Assembly: GCA_016867815.1 (NCBI GenBank)
Contig: VGIR01000005.1
Span: forward strand, 779-64,778
From: a candidate division WOR-3 bacterium
Lineage (GTDB): Bacteria; Hydrothermota; Tepidihabitantia; Tepidihabitantales; Tepidihabitantaceae
DNA length: 64,000 nucleotides
Reading direction: 5' to 3'
A program made the position numbers and the translations under genes. The notes beneath the pieces are model-generated. The model was given only the letters and a program-made list of their open reading frames with translations. It was not told the DNA's origin and did no database searches. How positions within the stretch are numbered: the stretch's first letter is position 1; each line of letters opens with the position of its first letter. Below are positions 46,866 to 56,137 of this stretch, one piece after another.

Positions 46866-48111
46866 AGGAAACCCGGCCCAGGCTGGCGGCGACCGATTCC
46901 GCAACCGTGATTCCGGTCGCCCAGGCGAAGTGCAGGTTGTACCCGCCGGTTTCGGCCCATACGTCAAGCACCTCTCCCGCGAAGTAGAGCCCGGAAAAGC
47001 GCCGCGCCGCCATCGTCTTCAGGTCAACCTCGTCCAAGCTCACACCACCACCGGTCACAGTTGCTCGCTCAATCGGCTCGGTGCCGACGATGGCGAACTC
47101 GGTCGAGCCAAGCTGACGGATGATACTCTCCTGCTCTGCCCGGCTCAGGTCGGTGAGGATGCGGCCAGACGGAACTCCGGCAAGCACGCAAAGCCGTGTT
47201 GCCAGTCGCCGGGCGACGAACGAACCGAGGAACGTACCAAGCTGCCTCTTGGGATGTCCGGCGCGGGCAGCTGCAAACTCCTCGGACAGCTTTGACTCGC
47301 TCCTGTCCGGCGCCCAGTTGATTCGCAGAACCACCTGCCTCTTCTCCGCCAGGGCTCGCGCCGCGTGCCCGCACAGATTGAGTACGCTCGAACCCGACAC
47401 GTGGGCATGGGCAAAGATGAAGTGCCCGGTCGCAGTCCTGGGTTCATCCCCGGCGACAAGCAACGTCATCTCCACTCGAGGTTGGGTGACCCCGGCCAGT
47501 TCGCTCAGGTCGTCCTTTGTCCGCAAAGAAGCAAGTGCAGGAAACCACTCTACCGTCGCGAGGCCGAGGCCACGGCAGAGCGCCAGTCCATCACCGGTCG
47601 AACCGGTCCGAGGATAGCTCGCACCACCAGTCGCAACGCAGACGTTACGTGCGGCTACGATGCTGCCATCCACCAGCCGAACTCGCCAGCCCGGCTCAAG
47701 ACCGGCTACCCGGCAACCGACTCTCACATTCCCGCCATGCTCCGCTATCTCCCTCAGAAGCGCATCCCTGATACCGGCCGCATCGGTCCCCTTCGGCCAG
47801 ACGCACCCTTCGTCGTCGGTCCAAGCCTCGATTCCCAGGCTCGAGAAGAACTGAGTGATGCGCTGGTAGGGGAACCCACGCAGCAGCGGCATGATGAGCC
47901 GGACATCGCAGTCGAACCGGCCAGCCATCATCCTCGGCGATTCAGCATGGGTGAAGTTGCCCTTCCCGCCGCCGGTCACCATGAGCTTCTTGCCGCACCG
48001 GTCGGTGCGCTCCAGGACCGTCACCTTCATGCCCAGCCTGCCCGCCGCAACCGCGCAGGCCAGACCCGCGGCCCCGCCGCCGATGACCACCAGATCGGCA
48101 ACCTCTTGCAC
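46858..48111 (-). CDS. HI0933/YhiN/BaiN-family flavoprotein
   Basis: GGGAAG, GKKLMVTGGG.GNFT, ATGGASYPRTGSTGDG, GLYFAGEVLDV...GGYNL. Confidence 0.92.
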   Translation of the reverse strand: MQEVADLVVIGGGAAGLACAVAAGRLGMKVTVLERTDRCGKKLMVTGGGKGNFTHAESPRMMAGRFDCDVRLIMPLLRGFPYQRITQFFSSLGIEAWTDDEGCVWPKGTDAAGIRDALLREIAEHGGNVRVGCRVAGLEPGWRVRLVDGSIVAARNVCVATGGASYPRTGSTGDGLALCRGLGLATVEWFPALASLRTKDDLSELAGVTQPRVEMTLLVAGDEPRTATGHFIFAHAHVSGSSVLNLCGHAARALAEKRQVVLRINWAPDRSESKLSEEFAAARAGHPKRQLGTFLGSFVARRLATRLCVLAGVPSGRILTDLSRAEQESIIRQLGSTEFAIVGTEPIERATVTGGGVSLDEVDLKTMAARRFSGLYFAGEVLDVWAETGGYNLHFAWATGITVAESVAASLGRVSSI

Positions 48112-48286
48112 TACATAGACCTAGCTACAATCTTGTGAAGCAGCACCGCGGACAAGGAGATTCAGCCGGACCCTTCTGAACCCCTACGCACCTAGACTGA
48201 CTGAGAGCACGGCAGTTCGGTATCATGAACCGTTTCGGTCAACACATTGCCGCCACACTGGTCTGCCCGTGACTCTCTCTTTCTTG

Positions 48287-49510
48287 CTACTTCCAGAATC
48301 TCGCCCAATCCAAGTGGTCCTTGTAGGCTACGGCATCGACACCGAGTGGTAGGCCTGCCGTGTCAGCGTAGATAGTATCGCTCGTCCATCCCAGTCTCTT
48401 CCAGAATATCGGGCGTCCGCCGAGGTCCGGGTCAAGATAGACGAGGATCGAATCGAGCGGTGAGCAAGCTATGGCTGCAGATGGTACTGGCAGCCCCGTG
48501 ATCGCGTGCCCGCTCATGTTGGCCGCACACACACCATGGGGGTTGTGGCCCGTTCCCACTCGAAACATGACCCACTTGCCGTCGAACGTCCAAGTGAAAC
48601 TCGAGAATTCGGCATCGTCCACGCCCGCGGTCAGGTTGAGCGGGTTGCCGCCGTCGCTGTTCATCACGAACGCATCCTTCCGGGTCTCGAGATGGTGCGG
48701 GTCCCCCGATACGAGACACTTGCTCCTGCGGAAGTAGGCGAGCTTCGTACCATCCGGTGAGAACACCGGCGCCGAGTTCTCGATGCAGGTGAAACGACTG
48801 GAGTCGATGATGACGTAGTCACTGTCATGCGTCAGCTGGGACTGGTTGCCGGAGCCGTCCACCGTGAACAAGTGCCCGGTTCCGGCCGGGTAGCCCACGA
48901 ATGCGACCAGATCGGATACCGGTGACGCGTCACAGCCATAGATGCCGTTGGCGACCCGGGCGAGCAACTGCGCTTGTCGACCGACTACCAGTGATTCCCT
49001 GTAGAGTTCGTGGTCCGCTATGTAGACAATCGACCGGGAGCCGGGGCCTAGCCTGGGAGATGACGGGTTCACATCCTGTATCGGGCTGATTGTTTGTTCC
49101 AGCTTGCCATCGGGTAGATAGGCATAGAAGGAATCGTCCAGCCCGTCGACGATCAGCCGGGATCGAAACCCGACCCAGACCTGCAGTTCGGGCGAGACGT
49201 ACTCGCGGCTGCCGGAAATCGCCTTGCCCTGCAGTTTGTGCATGCTGGCCTCAGGCAACTGCCTCAAGTCCCACTCGAAGCCTGATACCGGACCCGGAAA
49301 AGTATCCGCGCCCGCGAGCACTCCATCAATCCACAGCTCCACGAAGTTGACGTTGCGGAAAGGCCTGCACGACACCAAGACCGTCTCCACTCCATCTGCG
49401 GCATATCGGCCCTCCACGACATCCCATGAGCCGCATTGGACACGGACTTCGACTTTCTCACCACAAGCGACGGGCAGGAGAAGCAACAGCAACGGGAGCA
49501 GGCGTTTCAT
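48287..49510 (-). CDS. Lipoprotein with Ig-like N-domain and TolB/PD40-like beta-propeller
   Basis: Start ATG 49510, lipobox LPVAC; PVFSPDGTKLAY, FTWTFDGKWV, MNSDGGNP. Confidence 0.75.
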   Translation of the reverse strand: MKRLLPLLLLLLPVACGEKVEVRVQCGSWDVVEGRYAADGVETVLVSCRPFRNVNFVELWIDGVLAGADTFPGPVSGFEWDLRQLPEASMHKLQGKAISGSREYVSPELQVWVGFRSRLIVDGLDDSFYAYLPDGKLEQTISPIQDVNPSSPRLGPGSRSIVYIADHELYRESLVVGRQAQLLARVANGIYGCDASPVSDLVAFVGYPAGTGHLFTVDGSGNQSQLTHDSDYVIIDSSRFTCIENSAPVFSPDGTKLAYFRRSKCLVSGDPHHLETRKDAFVMNSDGGNPLNLTAGVDDAEFSSFTWTFDGKWVMFRVGTGHNPHGVCAANMSGHAITGLPVPSAAIACSPLDSILVYLDPDLGGRPIFWKRLGWTSDTIYADTAGLPLGVDAVAYKDHLDWARFWK

Positions 49511-49614
49511 GCCCACAACGTAGCCCCGCCTCGGCCGTTTGTCAATCCCGGCGGGGGATCGGTTCGGCACGGGTTCGTCTCGGAAATCAGTAGCGAAGGT
49601 CAGGACTCTCCGCG

Positions 49615-50034
49615 TCAGTCGTCGAGGCCCATCTGCATGCGCCAGCGTTTCTCCATCCGTTGCCGCAGCTTATGGTCTTTGATGCTGGGCAGCGCGCGTC
49701 GCGACCGATACAGAAGATCGTACTGCTGCCGGGCTGTGCTCGCGATGCTGTCGAGTGCGAGCCGGTCCCTGGCCGAATCCGGCTGCGGCAGGTAGTTCTG
49801 CCGGTTCAACTCCGCCTTCCAGCGAAGGGCCCGGCCCTCCAGCCATCGCATCTCCGGCACGAAGCTCTCCACGACCACCCTGAGGTGCCATTGTGCCGCA
49901 CCGGTCTGAACCCAGCGGAAGAAGCGGTCCATCTCGCGCCGGCGCCGCCATTCGGCCCGGACATACAGGCCTACTTCCACGAGGTTCGCGGCAAGGGAAA
50001 CCACCAGCAGAAGCGCGAGCCACTTCGGCTTCAC
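49615..50034 (-). CDS. Membrane-anchored periplasmic helical protein (CnrX/ZraP-like), copy 2
   Basis: N-terminal LLVVSLAANL anchor, similar to that of the upstream gene; 4-nt overlap. Confidence 0.6.
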   Translation of the reverse strand: MKPKWLALLLVVSLAANLVEVGLYVRAEWRRRREMDRFFRWVQTGAAQWHLRVVVESFVPEMRWLEGRALRWKAELNRQNYLPQPDSARDRLALDSIASTARQQYDLLYRSRRALPSIKDHKLRQRMEKRWRMQMGLDD

Positions 50035-50495
50035 CGCTTGCCCCCGGTTACCTCGGCCGCACTGGATTCGGCCCGGAGAATCGAGTCGAGCTCGGCCTCG
50101 GACATTCTCCTGTAGAACTCAAGCCGCTCCGGCTGGTAGAGCCGCCCGAACTCGCGCGTGTTCTCGTGCAGGAGCCGTTGCTGCTCCCGCGCCGCCCGGG
50201 CAATCCGGTCGAGGGCCGCGTTCACCTGCGCCGAATCCGGGCTCGGCTCAGTGGCCAGCATGCCAAGCTCCCTGGTCGCCGTGCGCAGGGAATCGAACCA
50301 CGGCTTGCGGGTCTTTGTCAGGTCGGAGAAGAGCCGGTCGATCTGAGCCGGCGTGGTCCCGGGCTTGAACCACTTGCCGACATAGCTTCGGAAGTGACGA
50401 TCGTCCCTGTACTTCTTCACGCCGTAGAATCCGATCGCCCCGGCGTTCACCGCGAGCGACAGGATCAGGACCGCGTAGAGCCACCGCTGTTTCAC
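50031..50495 (-). CDS. Membrane-anchored periplasmic heavy-metal-sensor-like protein (CnrX/ZraP/Spy-like), copy 1
   Basis: LILSLAVNAG anchor; EPSPDSAQVNAALDRIA helix pattern; PERLEFY. Confidence 0.7.
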   Translation of the reverse strand: MKQRWLYAVLILSLAVNAGAIGFYGVKKYRDDRHFRSYVGKWFKPGTTPAQIDRLFSDLTKTRKPWFDSLRTATRELGMLATEPSPDSAQVNAALDRIARAAREQQRLLHENTREFGRLYQPERLEFYRRMSEAELDSILRAESSAAEVTGGKR

Positions 50496-50914
50496 AGGCC
50501 TTGCTCCGCGACCCGGATTCCGTACGCCGCCAACTGCTGGTCCAGGCTCGGCTGGTTACCCATTATGCCACGGCCCAGCGCGACCCCGAGCCAGATTCCG
50601 ACCGCGACCAGCACTACAGCCGCGACCCGGGCCAGTGCCGGGCTCGGGCCGGACCAGAGCTCGGCTCGCCGCTCACGGGCTCTGACCTCGGCCATTATCC
50701 TGGTCGCAAGCCCGTCCGTAGCTTCCGGAGCCGGCTCCCGGCGCAGCAACTCGGCGTCGGCTCGAAGCTGCTCCAGCAGCCTCCGGCAGCCCTCGCAGCC
50801 GGCCAGGTGCCCACGCACCTCTTCAGCCTCGCCTGCACTGAGTGCGCCATCGGCCAGGCTCACGAGCCGGAGTCTCACCTCGTCGCAGTTCATACTCATC
50901 ACCTTCATAGACAC
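50492..50914 (-). CDS. zf-HC2 anti-sigma factor with one TM helix
   Basis: CDEV...HLAGCEGC (HxxxCxxC); TM segment AAVVLVAVGIWLGVALG. Confidence 0.85.
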   Translation of the reverse strand: MSMKVMSMNCDEVRLRLVSLADGALSAGEAEEVRGHLAGCEGCRRLLEQLRADAELLRREPAPEATDGLATRIMAEVRARERRAELWSGPSPALARVAAVVLVAVGIWLGVALGRGIMGNQPSLDQQLAAYGIRVAEQGL

Positions 50915-50942
50915 GGCCGGGCCTCCCAGCTTTCGCCCGACA

Positions 50943-51494
50943 TCATATCAGTCCCCGTTTTCTGAAATCCTCGAGCGTCTGCCGCACGCTCATGCGTGCC
51001 CGGTAGAGCAACATGTTAACGGAGGCCAGGGAACGGCCCATTACCGCGGCGATCTCTTCGTGGCTCATCTCATCGTAGATGGAAAGCACGAGCGCCGACC
51101 GTTGATCAGCAGGGAGCACCGCCAGCGCATGCGAAATGGACTCTGCCAAAGCCCGCCTACGGAACACCTCCTCCGGTTCATCCCGGCGCGCCGCGGGGAT
51201 TTCGTCGCTTAGCGGGTCATTGGGCCTCCGCCGCGACAGCCGATTGATACAGAGGTTCGTGGCGATCCGGTACAGCCAGGTCTTGAAACTCGCCGCGCCC
51301 CGGAAGCGGCCCAGCCCATCCCACGCCTTCACAAAAGCCTCCTGTGTCATCTCCTCGGCTTCGGCCGCGTTACGGCACGTCCTATAGAGGTAGCAGTAGA
51401 GCCGGTATTGGTGCTCCCGAACCAGTGCGTCGAACGCAGCCAGGTCTCCGGCCTGTGCCTGCTCGACCAGCAGCCGGTCCTCGCTCTGGATCAC
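50943..51494 (-). CDS. ECF RNA polymerase sigma factor
   Basis: GDLAAFDALV, AEEMTQEAFVKAW, FKTWLYRIATN, LPADQRSAL, MSHEEIA, YRAR. Confidence 0.93.
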   Translation of the reverse strand: MIQSEDRLLVEQAQAGDLAAFDALVREHQYRLYCYLYRTCRNAAEAEEMTQEAFVKAWDGLGRFRGAASFKTWLYRIATNLCINRLSRRRPNDPLSDEIPAARRDEPEEVFRRRALAESISHALAVLPADQRSALVLSIYDEMSHEEIAAVMGRSLASVNMLLYRARMSVRQTLEDFRKRGLI

Positions 51495-51742
51495 ATCACT
51501 GTAGACACGCAGCCCCGCCGCACCTCTCGCCGGGTCAGACCATTGCGCCGCGTTGTCGCTTCCGAACCCTGGAATCCGCGACCGCTCTTTCCCTCCGCAG
51601 CCCCGTACTCAGGTACCTGGCTTGTGATTTCTACTCTCCCCGCCCTTTGCGTCCTGATGCTTCTGTGGCGAGCTCCGCGTCCGCAACCCTGATTTCCGGT
51701 CTCTGGTTTCTGAATTCTCCTCTGTCCGATTCCTCTTGTTGC

Positions 51743-52159
51743 CTACTCGCCGACGACAGACACGACGAGTTTCCGGCTGCGCGGGCGGTTGTCGAAATCG
51801 AGCAGCACGATCTGCTGCCACGTTCCCAGCGCAACCTTGCCTTCGCGTACCGGGAAAGACTGCGATGCTCCGATCAGGGCGCTACGGAGATGGGCAAAGC
51901 CGTTGCCGTCGTCCCAGGTATCGTTGTGGCGGTAGTGCCCGTCCTCGGGCGCAAGCTTCTCCAACGCAGCCTTCAGATCACCGACCGCCCCCGGCTCGAA
52001 CTCAATTGTCGTGATGCCGGCTGTTGACCCCGGGTTCGCGATGCATACGATCCCGCTCTTGATGCCTGACTTCTCGACGACAGCAATGACCTGGGGCGTG
52101 ACGTCAATCACGTCGCAGAACCCCTGCGTCGAGACCTCAATCGTAATGCTGTGCACCAT
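51743..52159 (-). CDS. yjbQ: YjbQ/UPF0047 family protein
   Basis: GSTAGITTIE, YRHN, NGFAHLRSALIG, LGTWQQIVLLDFD; start ATG 52159. Confidence 0.9.
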   Translation of the reverse strand: MVHSITIEVSTQGFCDVIDVTPQVIAVVEKSGIKSGIVCIANPGSTAGITTIEFEPGAVGDLKAALEKLAPEDGHYRHNDTWDDGNGFAHLRSALIGASQSFPVREGKVALGTWQQIVLLDFDNRPRSRKLVVSVVGE

Positions 52160-52532
52160 CGGTAGAAGCAAGGGTTCTTGGGTTCAGAGGTTCTGGATTC
52201 CTGGTCGCTCTTCCGCCGGAGCGGCAATCCTCGGCGCTCTTGACTATTTCCCGATGTCCGGAGGTCAGCAATTCCGGATTCCGGTATCCTAGTTCTGACT
52301 TCTGAATGCTCCGGTCAAAGGGAAAAGGGGTCACGCTTGGTCGCGAGTCTGGCTGCAATCTTGTAGATGACCGAGCCTTTGGCGAGTACGCTTCCATCGT
52401 GCCCCGGCGCGAAGAATACCAACCCCTCTTTCGATGTCAAGTAGCAGCCGTCGTCTCGAGCAGCGACGGCAACATGTCCGGTGCCAACTGAAGCAAGGAC
52501 CGGTCGCGGCTGCGGCCCGCAGCCAAGAGCGG

Positions 52533-53771
52533 CTAGCGGCTGAGGTACGAAGCGGGGTCGCGCAGGAAGTCGGTGGCGAGAGTCACCAGCGCTTTGGTGC
52601 CCGTGGCCAGCACCGCCTCGTCCATGTCGAACCGGTCGGAGTGGTTCATCGCGGTGATGCCGCGCTCGGGGTTCGCGCCGCCGAGGAAAAGGAACATGCC
52701 GGGAACCTTGTCGAGGTAGCAGGCGAAGTCCTCGGCCCCGAGGTTGGGCTCCATGTCATCGTCCACGTCCGGGAAGCTCCTTTTCAGCACTTCCGAGGCC
52801 CGCTTGGTGAACGCCGGGTTGTTCACCAGCGGCGGATAGGCCGGCTCGGCGTCGAGAGTATAGGAAGGGACGGGGGACGAGGGGTGAGGGGTGAGCGATG
52901 AACCGAAAGAGAGCATCAGGCCGTCGAGGTTGGACTTGATTGCGCCCGCGATTGTCTCCGAGTCACGTAGATCGTACGCACGAAAGGTCCCGACGACCTC
53001 GGCCTCGGCCGGAGTCTGGTTGTGCTGCATCCCTGAGTGCACTTCGCCGAACCCCAACACGTATCTGGCGTTCGGATTCAACCGTTGACGGATGTCGGTC
53101 TGAATGGTGCTGATGAACCGGGCTGCAATCTGGATAGGGTCGATGTTCTCCTGCGGGCACATATGGTGTCCCGGCTTGCCCTTGATACTCACCTTGAATG
53201 TACGGCTGGAAGCCATGAACGGACCGGGCCTGAAACCGATTCGCGAAAGGGGCATGTTGCCGAAAATGTGAGCGGCGATGATGGCATCGACGCCATCAAG
53301 GCAACCGTCGGCAATCATGGAGACGGCGCCGCCGGGCGGTACCTCCTCGGCCGGCTGGAAGATGAGGCGGACATTGCCCGCCAGCTTGTCCCAGTGTTCC
53401 TGCAGCCAGCGAGCCGCACCTAGGAGCATCGCCATATGCCCGTCGTGCCCGCACGCGTGCATCACGCCGGCGTTCTGCGATCGGTACTCGCCGTTGAGTT
53501 CGGTCTCGGCCTCCTGGATACGGAGCGCGTCCATGTCGCTCCTGAGCGCAATCGTCCTGCCCGTGCCGTTGCCGCGGATGTCGGCAATCACGCCGGTCTC
53601 CCCTGCCCGCCGGTTTTCGATGCCGAGCCCATTCAGTACTTCCACGATTCTGTCCTGCGTCTTGCGCTCCTCGAAGCTCGGCTCCGGGTGCTGGTGGAAC
53701 CAGCGCCTCAGGTTCTTGACCCCCGACACAAGACTATCGTCAAGCTCGATCATCGTTGGACCTCCACTCAC
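52533..53771 (-). CDS. M20D-family amidohydrolase
   Basis: HQHPEPSFEE, ALRSDMDAL, MHACGHDGH, IFQPAEE, AEDFACY, HSDRFDMDE. Confidence 0.93.
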   Translation of the reverse strand: MSGGPTMIELDDSLVSGVKNLRRWFHQHPEPSFEERKTQDRIVEVLNGLGIENRRAGETGVIADIRGNGTGRTIALRSDMDALRIQEAETELNGEYRSQNAGVMHACGHDGHMAMLLGAARWLQEHWDKLAGNVRLIFQPAEEVPPGGAVSMIADGCLDGVDAIIAAHIFGNMPLSRIGFRPGPFMASSRTFKVSIKGKPGHHMCPQENIDPIQIAARFISTIQTDIRQRLNPNARYVLGFGEVHSGMQHNQTPAEAEVVGTFRAYDLRDSETIAGAIKSNLDGLMLSFGSSLTPHPSSPVPSYTLDAEPAYPPLVNNPAFTKRASEVLKRSFPDVDDDMEPNLGAEDFACYLDKVPGMFLFLGGANPERGITAMNHSDRFDMDEAVLATGTKALVTLATDFLRDPASYLSR

Positions 53772-53868
53772 TGATGTCGTGACTTCGGCCTGCGAAAAGG
53801 GAGACAGCCCCCGGCCGCGAGAACGCGACCGCAGTCAGGTACAGTCACCCATTTTCGGGCGTCGGCTT

Positions 53869-53914
53869 GGTACACGATCCGGATTGAGGGCAATTGGGTC
53901 ATGTCCCCGCCGGC
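53869..53914. repeat. Palindromic element family B copy overlapping the Fpg-like stop codon
   Basis: 24 nt caattgggtcatgtccccgccggc (53891-53914) are identical to 59045-59068. Confidence 0.75.
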
Positions 53915-54738
53915 TGGCACTTCGGGCAGAAATAGCACGCTCCGCCGAGAAAGGCAATCTTCTGTATCTTGGCGCCGCAAGCTGGACAGGGCTTGCCCGC
54001 CGTCTTCACCGACATGATGCGCTCGTATCCGCCCGGCTTGCCGAAGAGGTCGAGTTCGTCACTCCGGCCGCCCCGGGCCGCGACCTCGCGCACCGTCTTG
54101 ATAATCGCCTCGTGCAGATTCCGGCGCTGGACCGGCGAAAGGTCGGATATTGGTCGGCGTGGGTGCAGACGGGCGCGGAACATGATATCCTGCACAACCG
54201 AGTTACCCAGGCCGGCGACTAACTGGTCCTGCGTCAATAGCCCCTTCACGCTTCGCTTCTCCCCTGCGAGCAGTTCATCCACCAACCCGGAGAAGTACCG
54301 GAACGTGAACTCCTTGTCCACCGGAGTCGGCCGCATCCCTTTGATGTACTTCCGCTCCTGCTCTCTGCCCTTCTCGAACAGCTCCATCGCGCCCCACATC
54401 TGGGTTGTCACCGACAGGGCCGACTTGTCTTCGAACTCGATGAACAGGTGGTACTTCTGCGGCAGGTCGCTGCCCGGTTGGTGGTACAGCAATCGGCCAC
54501 CGCACTCGCCAAGCACGAGCACGTAGCCCGGCTCAAACGGAATGAACATCCAGCGTCCCTTGGCAACGGCGGCCCCTACCTTCCTACTCCTGGTCAGGCG
54601 CTCGAACTCGGCCGGCTTGCGGTTGTACCAGACGAACTTGTGCGGCGAGTTGCCCAGCCGGCCGCGCTCGATGGTCTTGCCGCGCACGGTGTCGTTCATC
54701 TGCCGGACGAGCGTGGCGCACTCGGGTAGCTCGAACAT
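53899..54738 (-). CDS. Fpg/Nei-family H2TH and zinc-finger protein with non-canonical catalytic residues
   Basis: Start ATG 54738 (MFELPE); AGLGNSVVQDIMFRARLHP H2TH; CPAC...CPKC zinc finger. Confidence 0.85.
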   Translation of the reverse strand: MFELPECATLVRQMNDTVRGKTIERGRLGNSPHKFVWYNRKPAEFERLTRSRKVGAAVAKGRWMFIPFEPGYVLVLGECGGRLLYHQPGSDLPQKYHLFIEFEDKSALSVTTQMWGAMELFEKGREQERKYIKGMRPTPVDKEFTFRYFSGLVDELLAGEKRSVKGLLTQDQLVAGLGNSVVQDIMFRARLHPRRPISDLSPVQRRNLHEAIIKTVREVAARGGRSDELDLFGKPGGYERIMSVKTAGKPCPACGAKIQKIAFLGGACYFCPKCQPAGT

Positions 54739-54742
54739 GTTT

Positions 54743-54925
54743 CTACTTCGAGCTGCCCCGCTTTGCGGTCCAGGCGGGCAGCCGGTCGTCGCAGCGGACG
54801 TCCTCGGCCGTGTACGCCTGTTGGCCGAACAGCTTGCGCCAGCCGTCAACCAGCTTGTGCCGCACGGCCGGGTCATCCGACCGCGCCGCACACGCATCGC
54901 TGTTGTACCCGCAGTAGCCAATCAT
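54743..54925 (-). pseudogene. Degenerate DUF3795-family fragment
   Basis: IGYCGYN start and EDVRCD, but the following GC lies in another frame; removing 4 nt (gacc) restores CDGC. An expected Cys is missing. Confidence 0.55.
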
Positions 54926-54962
54926 CTTCTCCGTGTCTGCCTCCTGCCCTGATTCCTAATCA

Positions 54963-55034
54963 GATGGCCACGAAACCACCGAGACGGATGAAACGGGCCC
55001 GGACTCCTCTTCGCGTCTTTCGTGCTTTCGTGGC
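54963..55034. repeat. MITE-like element family C copy
   Basis: gatggccacgaaaccacc ... tttcgtgctttcgtggct. Confidence 0.65.
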
Positions 55035-55060
55035 TTCGCTCTCTACTCCGTGTTCCGGTC

Positions 55061-55435
55061 CTACTTTGCCCGGGCACCGAGCTTCGCCCGCAGCTTCTCA
55101 AGGCGCGGCTGCGCGTCCTTGAACACAGTTATCTTCCAGATGTCCTGCAGCCGCTCGCACGGGAACTTGTCGCAGTGCGCGCAGTTCTCAACTCCCGTCT
55201 CCATCGCGCAACAGCGCACCGGACAGGTCAGACAGTGCTGTACGCATCGTGCATCAATCGTTGTGCATCCATCACAAATGATGTAACCCTCAGGCTTCGA
55301 GTTCATCCGGCTCTTGAGCAGCCATTGGAAGAACCGCTTCATATGCAGCTTCTCCCCCAGCCGCGGGAACCGATAGGCCGGGCACTTTGCGCAGTCTATG
55401 CCACAGTAGGCAATTGCCTTTCTAGCCATCTCCAA
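55061..55435 (-). CDS. DUF3795-domain Cys-rich protein
   Basis: IAYCGIDCAKCPAY, CDGC, CPVRCCA, NCAHCDKFPC. Confidence 0.85.
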   Translation of the reverse strand: MEMARKAIAYCGIDCAKCPAYRFPRLGEKLHMKRFFQWLLKSRMNSKPEGYIICDGCTTIDARCVQHCLTCPVRCCAMETGVENCAHCDKFPCERLQDIWKITVFKDAQPRLEKLRAKLGARAK

Positions 55436-55515
55436 AGCATCGGCGCGGGCCGCCGCAAGTCAAGTCAGTCGCAGATGGGGAGCAACCGCAGATTGTTGCC
55501 GACGGCCCGGGCGGC

Positions 55516-55926
55516 TCAGGGCCGGCCCGGCTGTGCCAGCTTGCGGCATATAAACGCGGCGCCGAGGGCCTCCACGAAGCTGAATGGAACCGCAATCGGG
55601 AGGATTCCGAGAGGCAGGACCGAGAGGTTCCCGATGACGACCCACATCATCACGAAGCCCATTACCCAGGCGATGAGCGCAGTCTGCCACAGACTGAACC
55701 GCCGCGAGATGGCAAAGGTCGTTCCCGCCATCAAGAACGACCAGACCATCCACATCATTCCGTTCACCGGCTTGGACGGAAACTCGAGGTCCATCCCCCG
55801 GTAATGGTTCTGCCACCACGATACCAGCACCAACTGGTTCCGCACGAACTCGCAAAGCCCGACCCAGATCCCCGCCACCACGACGGGCAGAACTGTCTTG
55901 CCCATCCCCGACTTCGCTGCGCTCAC
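55516..55926 (-). CDS. Small four-TM hypothetical membrane protein
   Basis: GTG 55926 after AGGAG (alternative ATG 55905); four hydrophobic segments. Confidence 0.7.
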   Translation of the reverse strand: MSAAKSGMGKTVLPVVVAGIWVGLCEFVRNQLVLVSWWQNHYRGMDLEFPSKPVNGMMWMVWSFLMAGTTFAISRRFSLWQTALIAWVMGFVMMWVVIGNLSVLPLGILPIAVPFSFVEALGAAFICRKLAQPGRP

Positions 55927-56137
55927 TTTCTTCTCCTGTTGTTTCGGGTGCTTGCTGCGTTGCTGAGCAGGCACGCTGCCCGGCAGCGTTCTCGGGCGAT
56001 TGTAGGCAACCGCAAAGAACGGGTCAAGGAAGGCTCGCAACGGCCGGAGCCGCCAAACCTGTGGTCACGGACGCAACTTGACCGGCGATGATTGCGTCCT
56101 ATGCTCTGCTGAGTCACAAAGATGAAGAGGAGGTCGT

